From positions 960,001-1,024,000 of the forward strand of contig CBDBMJ010000001.1 in assembly GCA_965207455.1 (NCBI GenBank): a stretch of DNA of 64,000 nucleotides. Direction: 5' to 3'. This document shows positions 31,697-42,442 of the stretch, piece after piece (position 1 is the first letter of the stretch; every line of letters begins with the position of its first letter). The notes beneath the pieces are model-generated. The model saw only the letters and a list, made by a program, of their open reading frames with translations, was not told the origin of the DNA and searched no databases. The position numbers and the translations under genes were made by a program. Origin of the DNA: Bdellovibrionota bacterium. Lineage in GTDB: Bacteria; Bdellovibrionota; UBA1018; CAIPTA01; JAALKR01.

Positions 31697-33569
31697 TATC
31701 AAGTATGCCTTTATTGCTAAAATTCCAGACACTTTTTCATATCGAAAAAAACATTGTATTTCTTTAGAAGAATTTGTGAAACGGAGAGAATTCGTGTCAA
31801 AGAAAAAATAAATACAAGAAAGAGTGTTAAAAAATTCTTCATTTGAACTCCAATACCGTGTATGAAAAATAATCATGCGTTTTGATCAAAAATAATTTAA
31901 CCTTTTAGAATGTTTCCTGATCTACCAATAATAAAAAATGATAAGAAAAAGACGATTGAATCACTGAAGAAGGGCATTATAGAGTCTGTTAGAATAAGCC
32001 AAAAAATGCCGGTCGATTCCATTGCCAAGTATGCTCTCGATGCAGGGTTCTTGCAGGATGTATTAAAGTCCTTTCCTGATCCAAGAAAAAGATACGAAGT
32101 TCCTATTGAGTTTCTTTTATTAGCGCAGATTATTCAACGGCTAAATGATGAACACTCGTTAGTTTCAGCGCCTTATATGTTAAATTCAGCAGAGCTAATA
32201 GCTAAATTAGGATACTCAGCTAAAGTGCTGGAAGATGGGTTTAATAGAAAAAATAAGTACCCTAGAGAGGTTGCATTTCATGGAGAGACTCTAAAACACG
32301 TCTTACTATCAACTAAGGCAGGGGATATAGTAGATTGGTTTAATGGTATCCTAAATAATATATTCAAAGAGCAGTCGGTTGGAAGAACTCATCACTATAT
32401 TATTGATGGAACTAAGTTACATATTCCAAAACATCTTTTCGAAAGTTTTCAAGGTGCTGGAGTTTTAAAAAATGCGGAGAATAATTCTGAGTATGGATAT
32501 AAGGTTGTCTGGATTCAAGAAATCATCGACCGAAAGGGAATTATTCGTGCAATGAAATTTTCCCCTATCAATGAGCATGACCTTCCCCTTGGAAGAGAAC
32601 TGGTAAAGAACTTTAATTTTGAAAGAGATTCCGTTTTAATCATGGATAGAGGTTTTTTAGATAGCAAATGGATAACCTCTTTAAAGCAGGATCGTGGAAT
32701 TGATGTCTGCATTCCCTTAAAAAAGAGTTTAGAGGTAAGTAAATACGCAGTTGCTGAAGCTTTGGCAGAAAATAAATGGGCACCTCACCCCACAAGACAC
32801 AAACAAAGAATAAAGGAACTTAAGGAGGACGATTTGGACTGGAAATCGTTTTCTGTATTTAAAAGTGGTGTATTAGTTAATTTTACAAAGAGAAACGGTG
32901 AGGAAGAAAACATTATTTTTGCAGATACTAGGAAAAATAAATCAGCAAAGGCAGTTTTAAGCACGTATGACTTGCGCACAGAAATTGAAGAATCTCACCG
33001 CCAAATGAAGTGCTTTCAGGGACTAGAGAAACTACCTTCCAAAAAATACACCCAGGTTGTCTTTAGGGTTGTAATGGGAACGATTGCTTACAACCTTTTC
33101 AATCTCTTTCTTAACTCGGAAGAGTGTGAATCACTTGATGATTTCACATTAAAAACATACAGGCAAAAGCGACCAGAGGAGAAAAACCCTGATATTATCG
33201 TGTATACAGAAACAACCTTTGCTATCATGAAAACTTTTGACTTTATGCGATTGATCCTCTCATTCAAAAAGGAGATTCAGAAAAAGTTAATAAAGATTTT
33301 CGATGACCTATCAACAGAGATACATTCCACCGCGTACGGTTAGATCATTTTTAAGCTATTCCCAGAATTAATTTTAGAAAAATCCTTTTTCTCTGGATTC
33401 TATTATTCAATTTAGTAAACAGCAGTGAAATTCATAGGCTAAAGTAGCCTGAACGGGTAACTTAGAGATAAATATGGATGTAGCTTGATTCCTATACCCA
33501 TAAAAATGGAGTTTGAGCAAGGATGATGCACTTATTTCCGTTTCACAGTTTATTTTCTCATACTTGATA
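31697..33569 (+). mobile_element. Putative IS (IS4 superfamily-like), boundaries tentative
   Basis: 11-bp inverted repeat TATCAAGTATG (31697) / CATACTTGATA (33559), plus a subterminal inverted pair TGTGAAACGGA (31775) / TCCGTTTCACA (33537), around the transposase. Confidence 0.5.
31910..33343 (+). CDS. DDE transposase (IS4 superfamily-like)
   Basis: IIDGT, YGYK, LIMDRGF and Y-x2-R-x2-IE-x3-R-x2-K (YDLRTEIEESHRQMK). Confidence 0.85.
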   Translation: MFPDLPIIKNDKKKTIESLKKGIIESVRISQKMPVDSIAKYALDAGFLQDVLKSFPDPRKRYEVPIEFLLLAQIIQRLNDEHSLVSAPYMLNSAELIAKLGYSAKVLEDGFNRKNKYPREVAFHGETLKHVLLSTKAGDIVDWFNGILNNIFKEQSVGRTHHYIIDGTKLHIPKHLFESFQGAGVLKNAENNSEYGYKVVWIQEIIDRKGIIRAMKFSPINEHDLPLGRELVKNFNFERDSVLIMDRGFLDSKWITSLKQDRGIDVCIPLKKSLEVSKYAVAEALAENKWAPHPTRHKQRIKELKEDDLDWKSFSVFKSGVLVNFTKRNGEEENIIFADTRKNKSAKAVLSTYDLRTEIEESHRQMKCFQGLEKLPSKKYTQVVFRVVMGTIAYNLFNLFLNSEECESLDDFTLKTYRQKRPEEKNPDIIVYTETTFAIMKTFDFMRLILSFKKEIQKKLIKIFDDLSTEIHSTAYG

Positions 33570-33817
33570 ACGTGTATTTTTGAGAAAATTTGTAAGTAAA
33601 AAGCTTATTTTCATTATTTTAAATTTATCTTTATGTAAAGAAATCATGTTTTCAACCGAAATGATTAATATATTGAGTAACAACAATGATAGTTTTGAAT
33701 CTGTTTGGTGCGTTGGAGCGAAAGGATTTGCTTATGCCGACATATAGTATGTAATTTTTGTATTAAAAATAGTACTATATTACTATCAACCTTACTCTTA
33801 ATTTTGGAGGATAGAAA

Positions 33818-35151
33818 ATGAATCTTTTTTCAAGAAAAATATATCTAATATTAATAACTCTTATTAATATATTTTTTATATTTGAAGCAAATTCTGAGAG
33901 TATAGTATATAAAGTAAAAAATCAAACTCCATCTTATAAAATTAAAAAAGGAAGTTGTCTTTCTTGGCACAAATGCTCTTATGATGTAATGATTAATTCT
34001 AAATATTCTGAGGAAGAATTAACTATTATAGCTAATGAAATAAAGGAATTATCTCCAATAGTTAATAGAATTTTCATAGTATATTACTTTCCATGCATGA
34101 AGATTGATAGCGGTGGATTAATTCTAAATATTCTGAGGAAGAATTAACTATTATAGCTAATGAAATAAAGGAATTATCTCCAATAGTTAATAGAATTTTC
34201 ATAGTATATTACTTTCCATGCATGAAGATTGATAGCGGTGGGTGGGCTACAAGTCATTTTCTTCCAGACCTTTCTGTTGATATTAATGATTACATGCTTA
34301 AACGTTTTCCTAAATGTGCAAAATTCAGGAAAAAAAATATAAAGAAAATAGTAAAAAGTAAAAATACCAATAAAATAAATGTAAAAATGGTTGTGGAATC
34401 AGAATTTGAAAATGGAAAAATATATATAAAAGGAAAAACAAATTTACCTGATTATACTGATTTATATATAAATGTGTCAAAAAATGGTATAGAATATTTT
34501 TCAAATATCACTACTGTTCAGGTCGGCGAATTTGATGCAACAGCATATTATTATCTTAAGCCAAAAGAAAAACTGCCAATTGGAAAATATGCAATAGAAA
34601 TTGGAACTACATCAATCAAATCTATGGACGAATCAGCAGAAAAAATATTAGGAAGTAACGGTGAGAATATGATAGGAAAATTAATAACCAAACAAGCATC
34701 AGGGAATGGTAAAATGGTTAAATTCAAATCAAATTATACCGTAACCAGTTTATTTAATGGAAAAAGAATCTCACGTTTATTAAATGAAGAATTAGATATT
34801 TTTAAAAACCATTATAATAAGCTAAAAAAAATATGCTGTGGAAAATCTAGCATGGAAGCTCTAGGAATAGACTGGGCAGTAGCCGGCGTAACATGGACCA
34901 GAAAAAGACAGAAATCGAGAGGTGATTTTGATAAAAAATTTTTTAAAAGCTCAGAAAAATATACTGCTCCATGTTCAGAAGTTAGGTTGAATATATATAG
35001 CTTGGGGCATGATTTATTTACTCTTTATCAAACAATGTATGCCGTCTCTCCTAGAAAATTAAAAAATAGAAAGATTTGGGAAAAAAATATAAAAGAAAAG
35101 ATCCGTAATATTGAAATGGGATTAAAAGAGTGTCGAAAATCTAAAAAATAA
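33818..35151 (+). pseudogene. Secreted hypothetical protein (~402 aa) split by a 125-bp tandem duplication
   Basis: ORFs 33818..34147 and 34222..35151 fuse in frame when one repeat unit is removed; GGAGG RBS and signal peptide at the start. Confidence 0.75.
33991..34240. repeat. Exact 125-bp tandem duplication
   Basis: Units 33991-34115 and 34116-34240, each GATTAATTCTAAATATTCTGAGG...GATAGCGGTG. Confidence 0.92.
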
Positions 35152-35463
35152 TCTATAAATTAAAATTATGTGTATCTAGAATTTTCTAGAAAATTTTCTA
35201 AATGATTTAACAAGCTCATAAGTCAAAAATGAATTTACTATTAAGTGAAAAAAATTCAAGAAGCCAAACTCCTCTGCTGATGATTTAATGGGTATCATCA
35301 ATTGAGCGAATGAATTGAAGCAATTCCCTATAGAATCGCAGCTTTTAAAGCAATCTGTATAAAGAAAAAAGATTATTATATTGAAAATTAATTGCAATAT
35401 AAGTACTCTAAATGGAGCTGTGCCAAAACAACTAAAAAATGCCTCAATAGATAAGATTATTTT

Positions 35464-37076
35464 GAGCCTGTAAGTTATTTTGTGTAACTGCGGTTTTAGC
35501 ACCAAATCAACTCTCATCGTCAATGAAAAGTTAATTCAACTGCCGCTTCTATTTTTTTCCAGCAGCATTAACTGCTAGAAAATTATTTATATCAAATCCA
35601 TCTCTCCGTGTCAATCATGAAATTAAAAAAAATGTAAAATCTTAACGGGTAATAGCTTTCACTAAGTGAGTTTTAAGCAAAAACCATACAACCCCCTGGA
35701 ACCCAAGGGGTAGTTTTTAGATAGCGAAGACTAGCTAAATAATTTATATTTTACTTCAAGCGAAAGGTTACTCTCTTTTGCCTCAGAGATCGAACCTGCC
35801 TTCATATTCAATTGCAAATCGGTTCATTGCTAAAGGCCAATTATGCAATGGCATTGTCCATTTACGAGATGCCTGTTGTGTTGCTAAATAAATTAACTTT
35901 AAAGCAGACCCATCGTTTGGAAATATTTTTCTATTCCTAATGCTCTTACGGATAACACTGTTTAAAGACTCTATCGCATTCGTTGTATAGATAACTTTTC
36001 TGATCTCATAGGGATAATCAAAAATAGAAATTAAATTTTCCCAATTATTCCTCCAAGAACGCTCTATCTGAGGATATTTATCCGACCATTTTTTCCCAAA
36101 TGCATCTAGCGCTGTCTGGGCAGCTTCCAGTGTTGGAGCACCGTAAATTGCTTTTAGATCCTTAGCTACTGCCTTCTTATCTTTTGAGGGCACATATCGA
36201 AAAGAATTACGCATCATATGGACGATACATAACTGTATCTTAGCCTTAGGAAATGCCGTTGTAATTGCTTCCGGAAAACCAGTTAGACCGTCTACACAAA
36301 CAATAAAAATATCCTTAACTCCTCGGTTCTGCAAATCTGTTAAAACACTTAACCAAAATTTAGCTCCTTCTTCACCTGCAATCCAAAGACCAAGGAGTTC
36401 CTTGTGTCCCGACTGTGTAACTCCCAATGCAAGATAGACCGATTTATTTCTTACACGACCACTCTCATGAACTTTCACGACTATACAATCAAGGTATAGT
36501 ATGGGGTATACCTTATCTAGGGAGCGACTCTGCCATTCCTTAACGGTATCTATAACTGCATCTGTGACATTAGAGATAACCGTATGGGATATTTCTGCCC
36601 CACCATAGAGTTCCTTAATTGTTTCCTGAACATCTCGTGTGGTCATACCTCGGCTATACAGAGCCAGTATAGTGTCCTCAAAGCCCTCTAAGCGAGTTTT
36701 CCCTTTTGGGATAACTTTAGGCTCAAATGAGGCGTCTCTGTCTCTAGGAGTGCTCAAATCAAGCTCACCCTTATCACATTTTATCGTTTTTGAGCTGTAA
36801 CCATTGCGAGTATTCTTTCTTCGATTACCCAATTTATCATTTCTCTCATAGCCCAGGTGATCATCTAACTCTGCATTGAGCGCAGATTCAAAAATCGTCT
36901 TTGTTAGCTGACCCATGATCCCTGAAATATCTTTTTGTGTTTTTACACCCCTGGCAAGTTCTTTGCCTATCGCATCAATATCCATAACTACTTTCTCCTT
37001 CTGATGATTCATCATACCATTTGATGATTCCACCATATTATAAGTTAAGCAGTTACACAATTTACTTTACAGGCTC
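35464..37076 (-). mobile_element. IS256-family element, copy 2 (intact, 1613 bp)
   Basis: Same terminal inverted repeats and orientation as copy 1; full-length transposase; no target-site duplication seen. Confidence 0.95.
35783..37060 (-). CDS. IS256 transposase
   Basis: Same motifs as copy 1 with an intact C-terminus WPLAMNRFAIEYEGRFDL. Confidence 0.95.
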   Translation of the reverse strand: MCNCLTYNMVESSNGMMNHQKEKVVMDIDAIGKELARGVKTQKDISGIMGQLTKTIFESALNAELDDHLGYERNDKLGNRRKNTRNGYSSKTIKCDKGELDLSTPRDRDASFEPKVIPKGKTRLEGFEDTILALYSRGMTTRDVQETIKELYGGAEISHTVISNVTDAVIDTVKEWQSRSLDKVYPILYLDCIVVKVHESGRVRNKSVYLALGVTQSGHKELLGLWIAGEEGAKFWLSVLTDLQNRGVKDIFIVCVDGLTGFPEAITTAFPKAKIQLCIVHMMRNSFRYVPSKDKKAVAKDLKAIYGAPTLEAAQTALDAFGKKWSDKYPQIERSWRNNWENLISIFDYPYEIRKVIYTTNAIESLNSVIRKSIRNRKIFPNDGSALKLIYLATQQASRKWTMPLHNWPLAMNRFAIEYEGRFDL

Positions 37077-37977
37077 CCGCTGTACGAAACTCTTCGTAAG
37101 GATGAATACCTTTTGCGTTTGGCGCATCTTTTACTATAATTTTTAACGTTCCAGATTTTAATTTTTTTTGAGTTCCGGAAAGATTAAATGTTCTTACTGT
37201 TGGTTTCATACTCCAACTTGCTGTAGTTTTTATTGGAAAGAGGATACGTAACCCCTTGAGAGAGAACTCTCGATTAAGATAGCACTCTAGTAATCCTCCT
37301 ATTTTTAATGGACTATCTTTATATAACTGTAAATAAAAATAAGGGAGTCCATTTTGATTAGTAACACCTTTAATTCGTGTTGAAATGCTCGTATTGCGAC
37401 AAACCGGTTTAAATTCTTTTTCAGAGAGACGCTTACACTGCTCTAGAGTATAAAAACTCAAAACACCTGCACTCATTGGTTGAAAATATTTTATTTTTGG
37501 AGGCATATCCTTCTCAGGAACAATTTTTAACCAACAAGACTGTGCAACATTACCAATCTGATCATAAATAAATTTTTGGAATGGAATGGAACTCTTTTTG
37601 GGTCTTTTTAATACAGTAAATTTTTTAAGAAGTTTTTGGGCTGTGGCTATCCCCAAGCTAGCAAAAAGTTTACAGTATTTTGCAGTATATACAGGAAAAG
37701 GACGAAAGCCCTTTTTGTGTTGAGCAGCTTTTAGTTTTGGAGGCATCTTTTCCTTCGAGGCAAGTTGTAACCAGCAAGATAGTGCGATACGGCTCATATC
37801 ATCATAAAGAAGACTTTTATCATAACCTGATCTTGTTGAAGATTTGTCTTTTTGTTTTTTTAATGAAGTGAATCTTTTAGCAATCTTTTTGGCTATACTT
37901 AAATTTGTTTCCTCACCATACGCCAAATTTGAAAACAAACAAATAATTAAGAAATACTTAATTGCATACTTTCCCAT
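37045..37977 (-). pseudogene. Secreted protein with two internal Cys-containing repeats, 3' end truncated by IS256
   Basis: Signal peptide; the last residues (ACKVNCVTA) are read from the IS terminal repeat. Confidence 0.65.
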
Positions 37978-37989
37978 AAATTCCTAACC

Positions 37990-38298
37990 TCAAGAATCAT
38001 CTCTGATAACAACTGTTCTAGACAAGTAGTCCCATGCCTCTTTATTTTTCTTATTAAAGAATATCCACAAAGATCCAAGCACTATCACAGAAAATGGTTT
38101 TCCAATACACTCTCGTAAAAATACTGTCCAAAATGATAACTCTCCTCCTTGTTCAGAAATCACTTTCATTCTAAACATTTTTTTACCCAGAGTGGCTCCC
38201 AAAAAAATAAAACTAATTATAGTTAAAATAAAGGCATCAATAAAAAATGCTAAGAATCTATAGCTCCAATGAGCTGTTTGTTCCTCGTTAAACGCCAT
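37990..38298 (-). CDS. RDD family membrane protein (short)
   Basis: RFLAFFID, TLGKKMFRMKV, WDYLSRTVV. Confidence 0.8.
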   Translation of the reverse strand: MAFNEEQTAHWSYRFLAFFIDAFILTIISFIFLGATLGKKMFRMKVISEQGGELSFWTVFLRECIGKPFSVIVLGSLWIFFNKKNKEAWDYLSRTVVIRDDS

Positions 38299-38418
38299 TT
38301 ATTATTTCCCCCTCAATTCTCTTAAAAACCTACGCTGCCTTTACAGTATAAACAACCCAGTATATCAAAGCACTACCTTTGTTATTGTAATGGTAAATGT
38401 ACCCGGGTGAAATGGAGA

Positions 38419-38622
38419 CTATAGCTTTTTTTCTTGGTTATTTACGTTATTGTCGGGCAGGGTGCCTGGCTTCTCTGGCGTGTCGTCCTTGCCCTCAATA
38501 CCCCTCTTAAAGGAACGCAAACCACGTCCCAAAGCACTACCTAACTCTGGTAAACGCTTGCCACCAAAAAGCAATACAATTACCAATAAAACAATTAAAT
38601 GACCTAAACTTAAACCCATCAT
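38419..38622 (-). CDS. tatA: Twin-arginine translocase TatA/E
   Basis: LLFGGKRLPELGSALGRGLRSFK. Confidence 0.92.
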   Translation of the reverse strand: MMGLSLGHLIVLLVIVLLFGGKRLPELGSALGRGLRSFKRGIEGKDDTPEKPGTLPDNNVNNQEKKL

Positions 38623-38806
38623 CGTGAAAGCCTCCTAAGACAAACCTTATTTCTTATATATACCAAATAATTATTCGCGTCAACCTCAAATAAGAGCAAT
38701 CGCGGCGCATCATCTTCTTGTATTTCAACAATAATACCCATATAGTCAATATGCACTTGCAACTGGACAAAATCCCCGTACACTACTTTCCAAGGAGATA
38801 CATACG

Positions 38807-39496
38807 ATGGCAACAGCAGTTTTACATGTAAAAAATAGGGATGTAAATGGTCTCAATGGACGAAAGCTACGAAAGACTGGAATAATTCCTGCTGTCTTTT
38901 ACGGTCCAGGAATGAGCAATAATCATTTCATCATGCAAAAAAGAGAAATAGATGCAATCTTAAGAACAGAAGCCCATATTATACAACTCGTTATTGACGG
39001 AAATAAAAGAGCCCTAGCCCTCGTACAAGAGGTGCAAAGAAACCCGCTCACCAGACAAGTTATCCATGTTTCTTTCCTAAAAGTAAAAAAAGGAGAAAGC
39101 ACATTTGTTACTATCCCCATACACCTAGACGGAGAATCCATAGGAGTAAAACAGGACAAAGGTGATCTTAACCAAGTTATGCGAGAGGTGGAGGTGGAGT
39201 GCCTGCCAGAAAATGTGCCCGACAGCCTCCATGCAGATATCTCACATTTAAGAATGGACGACTCCCTTCTTTTAAGAGATATTCCCCTACCCGAGAGCAT
39301 AAAAATAGCAGAAAAGGACATGGAGCTAACAGTAGCCTCTATTCGTCACCATAAGGTAGTGGTAGAGGTAGCATCAGTAAGTGAGGAAGAAGGAACAGAA
39401 GCAGTAGCTGCTGGCGAAGAAAAAGATGGCAAGGAAACTGCAAAAGCTGAGGAAGCACCTGCTGCTGAGGCCAAGGCTACGGAAAAGAAGAAATAG
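38807..39496 (+). CDS. rplY: 50S ribosomal protein L25/Ctc
   Basis: LRKTGIIPAVFYG, VQRNPL...HVSF, IPIHLDGESIGVK, acidic tail. Confidence 0.92.
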   Translation: MATAVLHVKNRDVNGLNGRKLRKTGIIPAVFYGPGMSNNHFIMQKREIDAILRTEAHIIQLVIDGNKRALALVQEVQRNPLTRQVIHVSFLKVKKGESTFVTIPIHLDGESIGVKQDKGDLNQVMREVEVECLPENVPDSLHADISHLRMDDSLLLRDIPLPESIKIAEKDMELTVASIRHHKVVVEVASVSEEEGTEAVAAGEEKDGKETAKAEEAPAAEAKATEKKK

Positions 39497-39511
39497 ACTT
39501 TCGACTACCGA

Positions 39512-39985
39512 CTACTGTTGGAATTTTTGTATAAATTCGTAGGTTTCTTCCACAGTTGTGGTAGGACTCACGCTACGCCAAACCTGTTGAATTTTCCCCT
39601 CAGGATTAATGGCAAAAGAATCCCTGGATAAACCCTGAAAAGTCTTTCCCTGCCACTGCTGATCCCCATACACACCCAAGGCCTTGCTCAATTCCTTTTG
39701 TGTGTCTGCAATCAATGGAAACTGTAAGGAGAATTTCTCTTGGAACTCCTGGTGGGAAGAAATACTATCTAAACTAACCCCATAGATATTAATCCCTAGT
39801 GCTTGAAATCTTTGAAGATTTTCCTGGTATGTGCAAGCCTGTTTCGTGCAACCAGGAGTATCATCCTTAGGGTAAAAATACAGAACGCTCCACTTGCCTA
39901 AAAAGTCCTTAGGCAGGGAAAGGGTGCCTCCTGGAATGAGTTCTAACTCCAATGCGGGTAAATCTTTTCCTTCCATTTTGTCCAT
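39512..39985 (-). CDS. bcp: Peroxiredoxin (BCP/PrxQ)
   Basis: YFYPKDDTPGCTKQAC; start uncertain by a few codons. Confidence 0.88.
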   Translation of the reverse strand: MDKMEGKDLPALELELIPGGTLSLPKDFLGKWSVLYFYPKDDTPGCTKQACTYQENLQRFQALGINIYGVSLDSISSHQEFQEKFSLQFPLIADTQKELSKALGVYGDQQWQGKTFQGLSRDSFAINPEGKIQQVWRSVSPTTTVEETYEFIQKFQQ

Positions 39986-40020
39986 CTCTTCCGATACTAT
40001 CACTAATATTGGGAGGAGTG

Positions 40021-41010
40021 TTGGATTTTTCAGCCTATCGTATTCATAAACAAGAAAAAAAAGTTTTTGGTCGGATAGAAACCATAAACGAAAAAGACTT
40101 GGGACCAGGGGACGTGCTCATTCGTAGTGAGTTATCTAGTGTTAATTATAAAGATGCCTTGGGTGCAACAGGCACGGGGAGAATTGTCCGTCACTTTCCT
40201 CTTATTGGAGGAATTGATGTGGTGGGTACGGTGGAGGATTCCACTAACCCTCAATTTCAACCGGGGGATACAGTAATTGTCACTGGCTGCGGATTGGGCG
40301 AAGACCGAAATGGCGGGTATTCAGAATACGTTCGCCTACCAGCAGAAATCCTTATTCCCCTACCCAAAGGACTCACCTCTAAAGAATCCATGATACTGGG
40401 AACAGCAGGTTTTACTGCCGCTATTTGCTTATACCGAATGGAACAAAACGGACAAAAACCAGAACAAGGTCCTGTGCTTGTTACGGGAGCCAGTGGCGGC
40501 GTGGGAATGGTGGCAACAAATCTACTCGCAAACCAAGGGTACCATGTAATTGCAGTAACGGGCAAAGCCAGCGCGAAGGAAAGGCTGCAAAAACTTGGAG
40601 CCAAAGAAGTTTGCTCACTCGAAGAACTCCAACTAGGAAGCCGTCCTTTAGAAAAAGCACGATGGGCAGGAGCTATTGATAACCTGGGAGGGGAAGTAAT
40701 TGCGGGTATCGCTCGTCATATTAATTTCCTAGGAAACATTGCGACAGTAGGTATGGCCGCTGGCACAGAATTCCACTCCAGTGTAATGCCCTATATTTTA
40801 CGTGGAGTGAGTATACTGGGCATTAGCTCCAATAATTGCCCACTACCCCTTAGAAAAGAACTATGGCAACGCCTATCCTCAGAATGGAAACCCACAGAAC
40901 TTCCCAGCCTACTGGAAAAAACAGTGACCCTATCCCAACTCGATACCGTTTTTCAAAACATGCTGGCCAGAAAAACCCAGGGACGAACAATTGTGGAATG
41001 TAAAAAGTAA
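40021..41010 (+). CDS. acuI: YhdH/AcuI-family quinone oxidoreductase (acryloyl-CoA reductase-like)
   Basis: SSVNYKDAL, GTAGFTA, VTGASGGVG, PYILRGV; start placed after GGAGG. Confidence 0.82.
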   Translation: MDFSAYRIHKQEKKVFGRIETINEKDLGPGDVLIRSELSSVNYKDALGATGTGRIVRHFPLIGGIDVVGTVEDSTNPQFQPGDTVIVTGCGLGEDRNGGYSEYVRLPAEILIPLPKGLTSKESMILGTAGFTAAICLYRMEQNGQKPEQGPVLVTGASGGVGMVATNLLANQGYHVIAVTGKASAKERLQKLGAKEVCSLEELQLGSRPLEKARWAGAIDNLGGEVIAGIARHINFLGNIATVGMAAGTEFHSSVMPYILRGVSILGISSNNCPLPLRKELWQRLSSEWKPTELPSLLEKTVTLSQLDTVFQNMLARKTQGRTIVECKK

Positions 41011-41013
41011 TCC

Positions 41014-41646
41014 CTATTTAGATGCTGTAAAAACAATAATACCGTCGATGGGATATTCCACCTTCCAACCCCTCCAGTGCCCAATCCAATCAAATGTTTT
41101 TTTCCCATAAAAACAAACATGGGTGGGATCTCTTCTGTACCACCAATCCTTAAAATTCTGTCCGTCGCTCAACAACTGAGTGCTAATGCCCAAAACGGCT
41201 CCGGGTTTTAAAAGACTCGTCAACTGTAGAAATATTTTTCTAGGTGAATGTACGTGCTCCACCACTTCGGTACAAGTAATAAAATCGTATGCTCGCTCCA
41301 ACTTGCTTGCCTGATTACAATAAAAAATATCGTAATTTTCTTGAGAAAAACCATAGCTTTGAAAAATAGTGTCCATTGTGGGCCCCGGTCCTGAGCCAAA
41401 ATCCAAACCCATCGCCCCTGGAGATAACTTTTTTGCCACAGGTGCGGCCACTCGCTCTAAAAAACGAACATACCCCAAATGCTCAGGACCATTTTCATGG
41501 TGATCGTAAATAGCCTTTTCCTCTTCGGGGGATAAAAAAAACTCACTGTCCATAAATACAAGACCGCACAACCCACAATCGTAGTATTTTTTTTCCCAGC
41601 AATAACGCAAATGCGTATTTTTATTTTCACATAGTGGGCAAATCAT
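41014..41646 (-). CDS. Class I SAM methyltransferase with N-terminal Zn ribbon
   Basis: CPLC...CGLC, LDFGSGPGP, CTEVVEH, WWYRRDPTHVCFY. Confidence 0.85.
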   Translation of the reverse strand: MICPLCENKNTHLRYCWEKKYYDCGLCGLVFMDSEFFLSPEEEKAIYDHHENGPEHLGYVRFLERVAAPVAKKLSPGAMGLDFGSGPGPTMDTIFQSYGFSQENYDIFYCNQASKLERAYDFITCTEVVEHVHSPRKIFLQLTSLLKPGAVLGISTQLLSDGQNFKDWWYRRDPTHVCFYGKKTFDWIGHWRGWKVEYPIDGIIVFTASK

Positions 41647-41776
41647 TTCTTCCTTTCCAGTACCTTTTTTTTAAATGATCGACAAGGTGAGAGGCTCAAT
41701 TGCTAGCAAATTGCTGCATATGATAGAGAGCCTGCGGCTTGATTTCTTACATTTTTCCATGCTATCTGTTCTATAG

Positions 41777-42442
41777 ATGAGTCGTTTTATTCTTGGTTTA
41801 TTCCTTCTCCTAATCATTATTGGACTTCGGGTCTTATGGCCTTCCCCTATGAATACACCTAAAGCACTCACGAGCCAACAAACTAAGCAACCACAGCTCA
41901 ACCGAACTCCTGCCCAAAAAGTGCGCCCTAAACCACGAAAAAAGATAATAGAAATCATCACGCAAAACACAACGAAAGTGGGGCAAGTTAACTCTGACCC
42001 TCAACAGGAAGAGGAACGCTTACAGAATATTGCCCAAAACCTGTCCGCAGAAAATCTTGCCTTCCTAAAAGAAATTTCTTTAAACCAAAAAGAAAATCCT
42101 GATGCGAGATTTCTTGCCGTCTACCTCCTCTCCAAAAGCCATAAAGATGGAGCCCTCTCCCACCTTGCTAGTATCGCTAGAGAACCTCTAATAAAAGATG
42201 AAAAGAGACAACGACACTTCGATTTTGAACGAACACTCCGGGCTCAAGCTATTGAAGGTTTTGCTTCCATCCCCAATAAAAGAAAAACAAAACAAGAATT
42301 ACTCATAACCATAAACAAACTTAACAATAAATTCCTAATCGATAGGGCACAGCGAACACTCCATCAACTCAATGGAGGAAAAAGTCCGAAAGAACAGGAC
42401 AAGGTAGCCCTAAAAAATCTCCTGAGAAACATCTCTAAGTAA
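41777..42442 (+). CDS. Hypothetical membrane-anchored helical (HEAT-like) protein
   Basis: N-terminal TM; ARFLAVYLL and LRAQAIEGF helical motifs. Confidence 0.55.
   Translation: MSRFILGLFLLLIIIGLRVLWPSPMNTPKALTSQQTKQPQLNRTPAQKVRPKPRKKIIEIITQNTTKVGQVNSDPQQEEERLQNIAQNLSAENLAFLKEISLNQKENPDARFLAVYLLSKSHKDGALSHLASIAREPLIKDEKRQRHFDFERTLRAQAIEGFASIPNKRKTKQELLITINKLNNKFLIDRAQRTLHQLNGGKSPKEQDKVALKNLLRNISK

Noticed and set aside
35176..35523. 115-aa ORF as the missing 3' half of the gene cut by IS256 copy 2
   Set aside because: It starts inside the IS, no target duplication links the two flanks, and the translation looks like a shadow frame.
28180..37100. Prophage or integron
   Set aside because: No integrase, phage structural genes or recognisable attC sites; only IS transposases.
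38619..38813. 64-aa ORF between tatA and rplY
   Set aside because: Spans the divergent promoter region, overlaps both neighbours, and has no recognisable motif.
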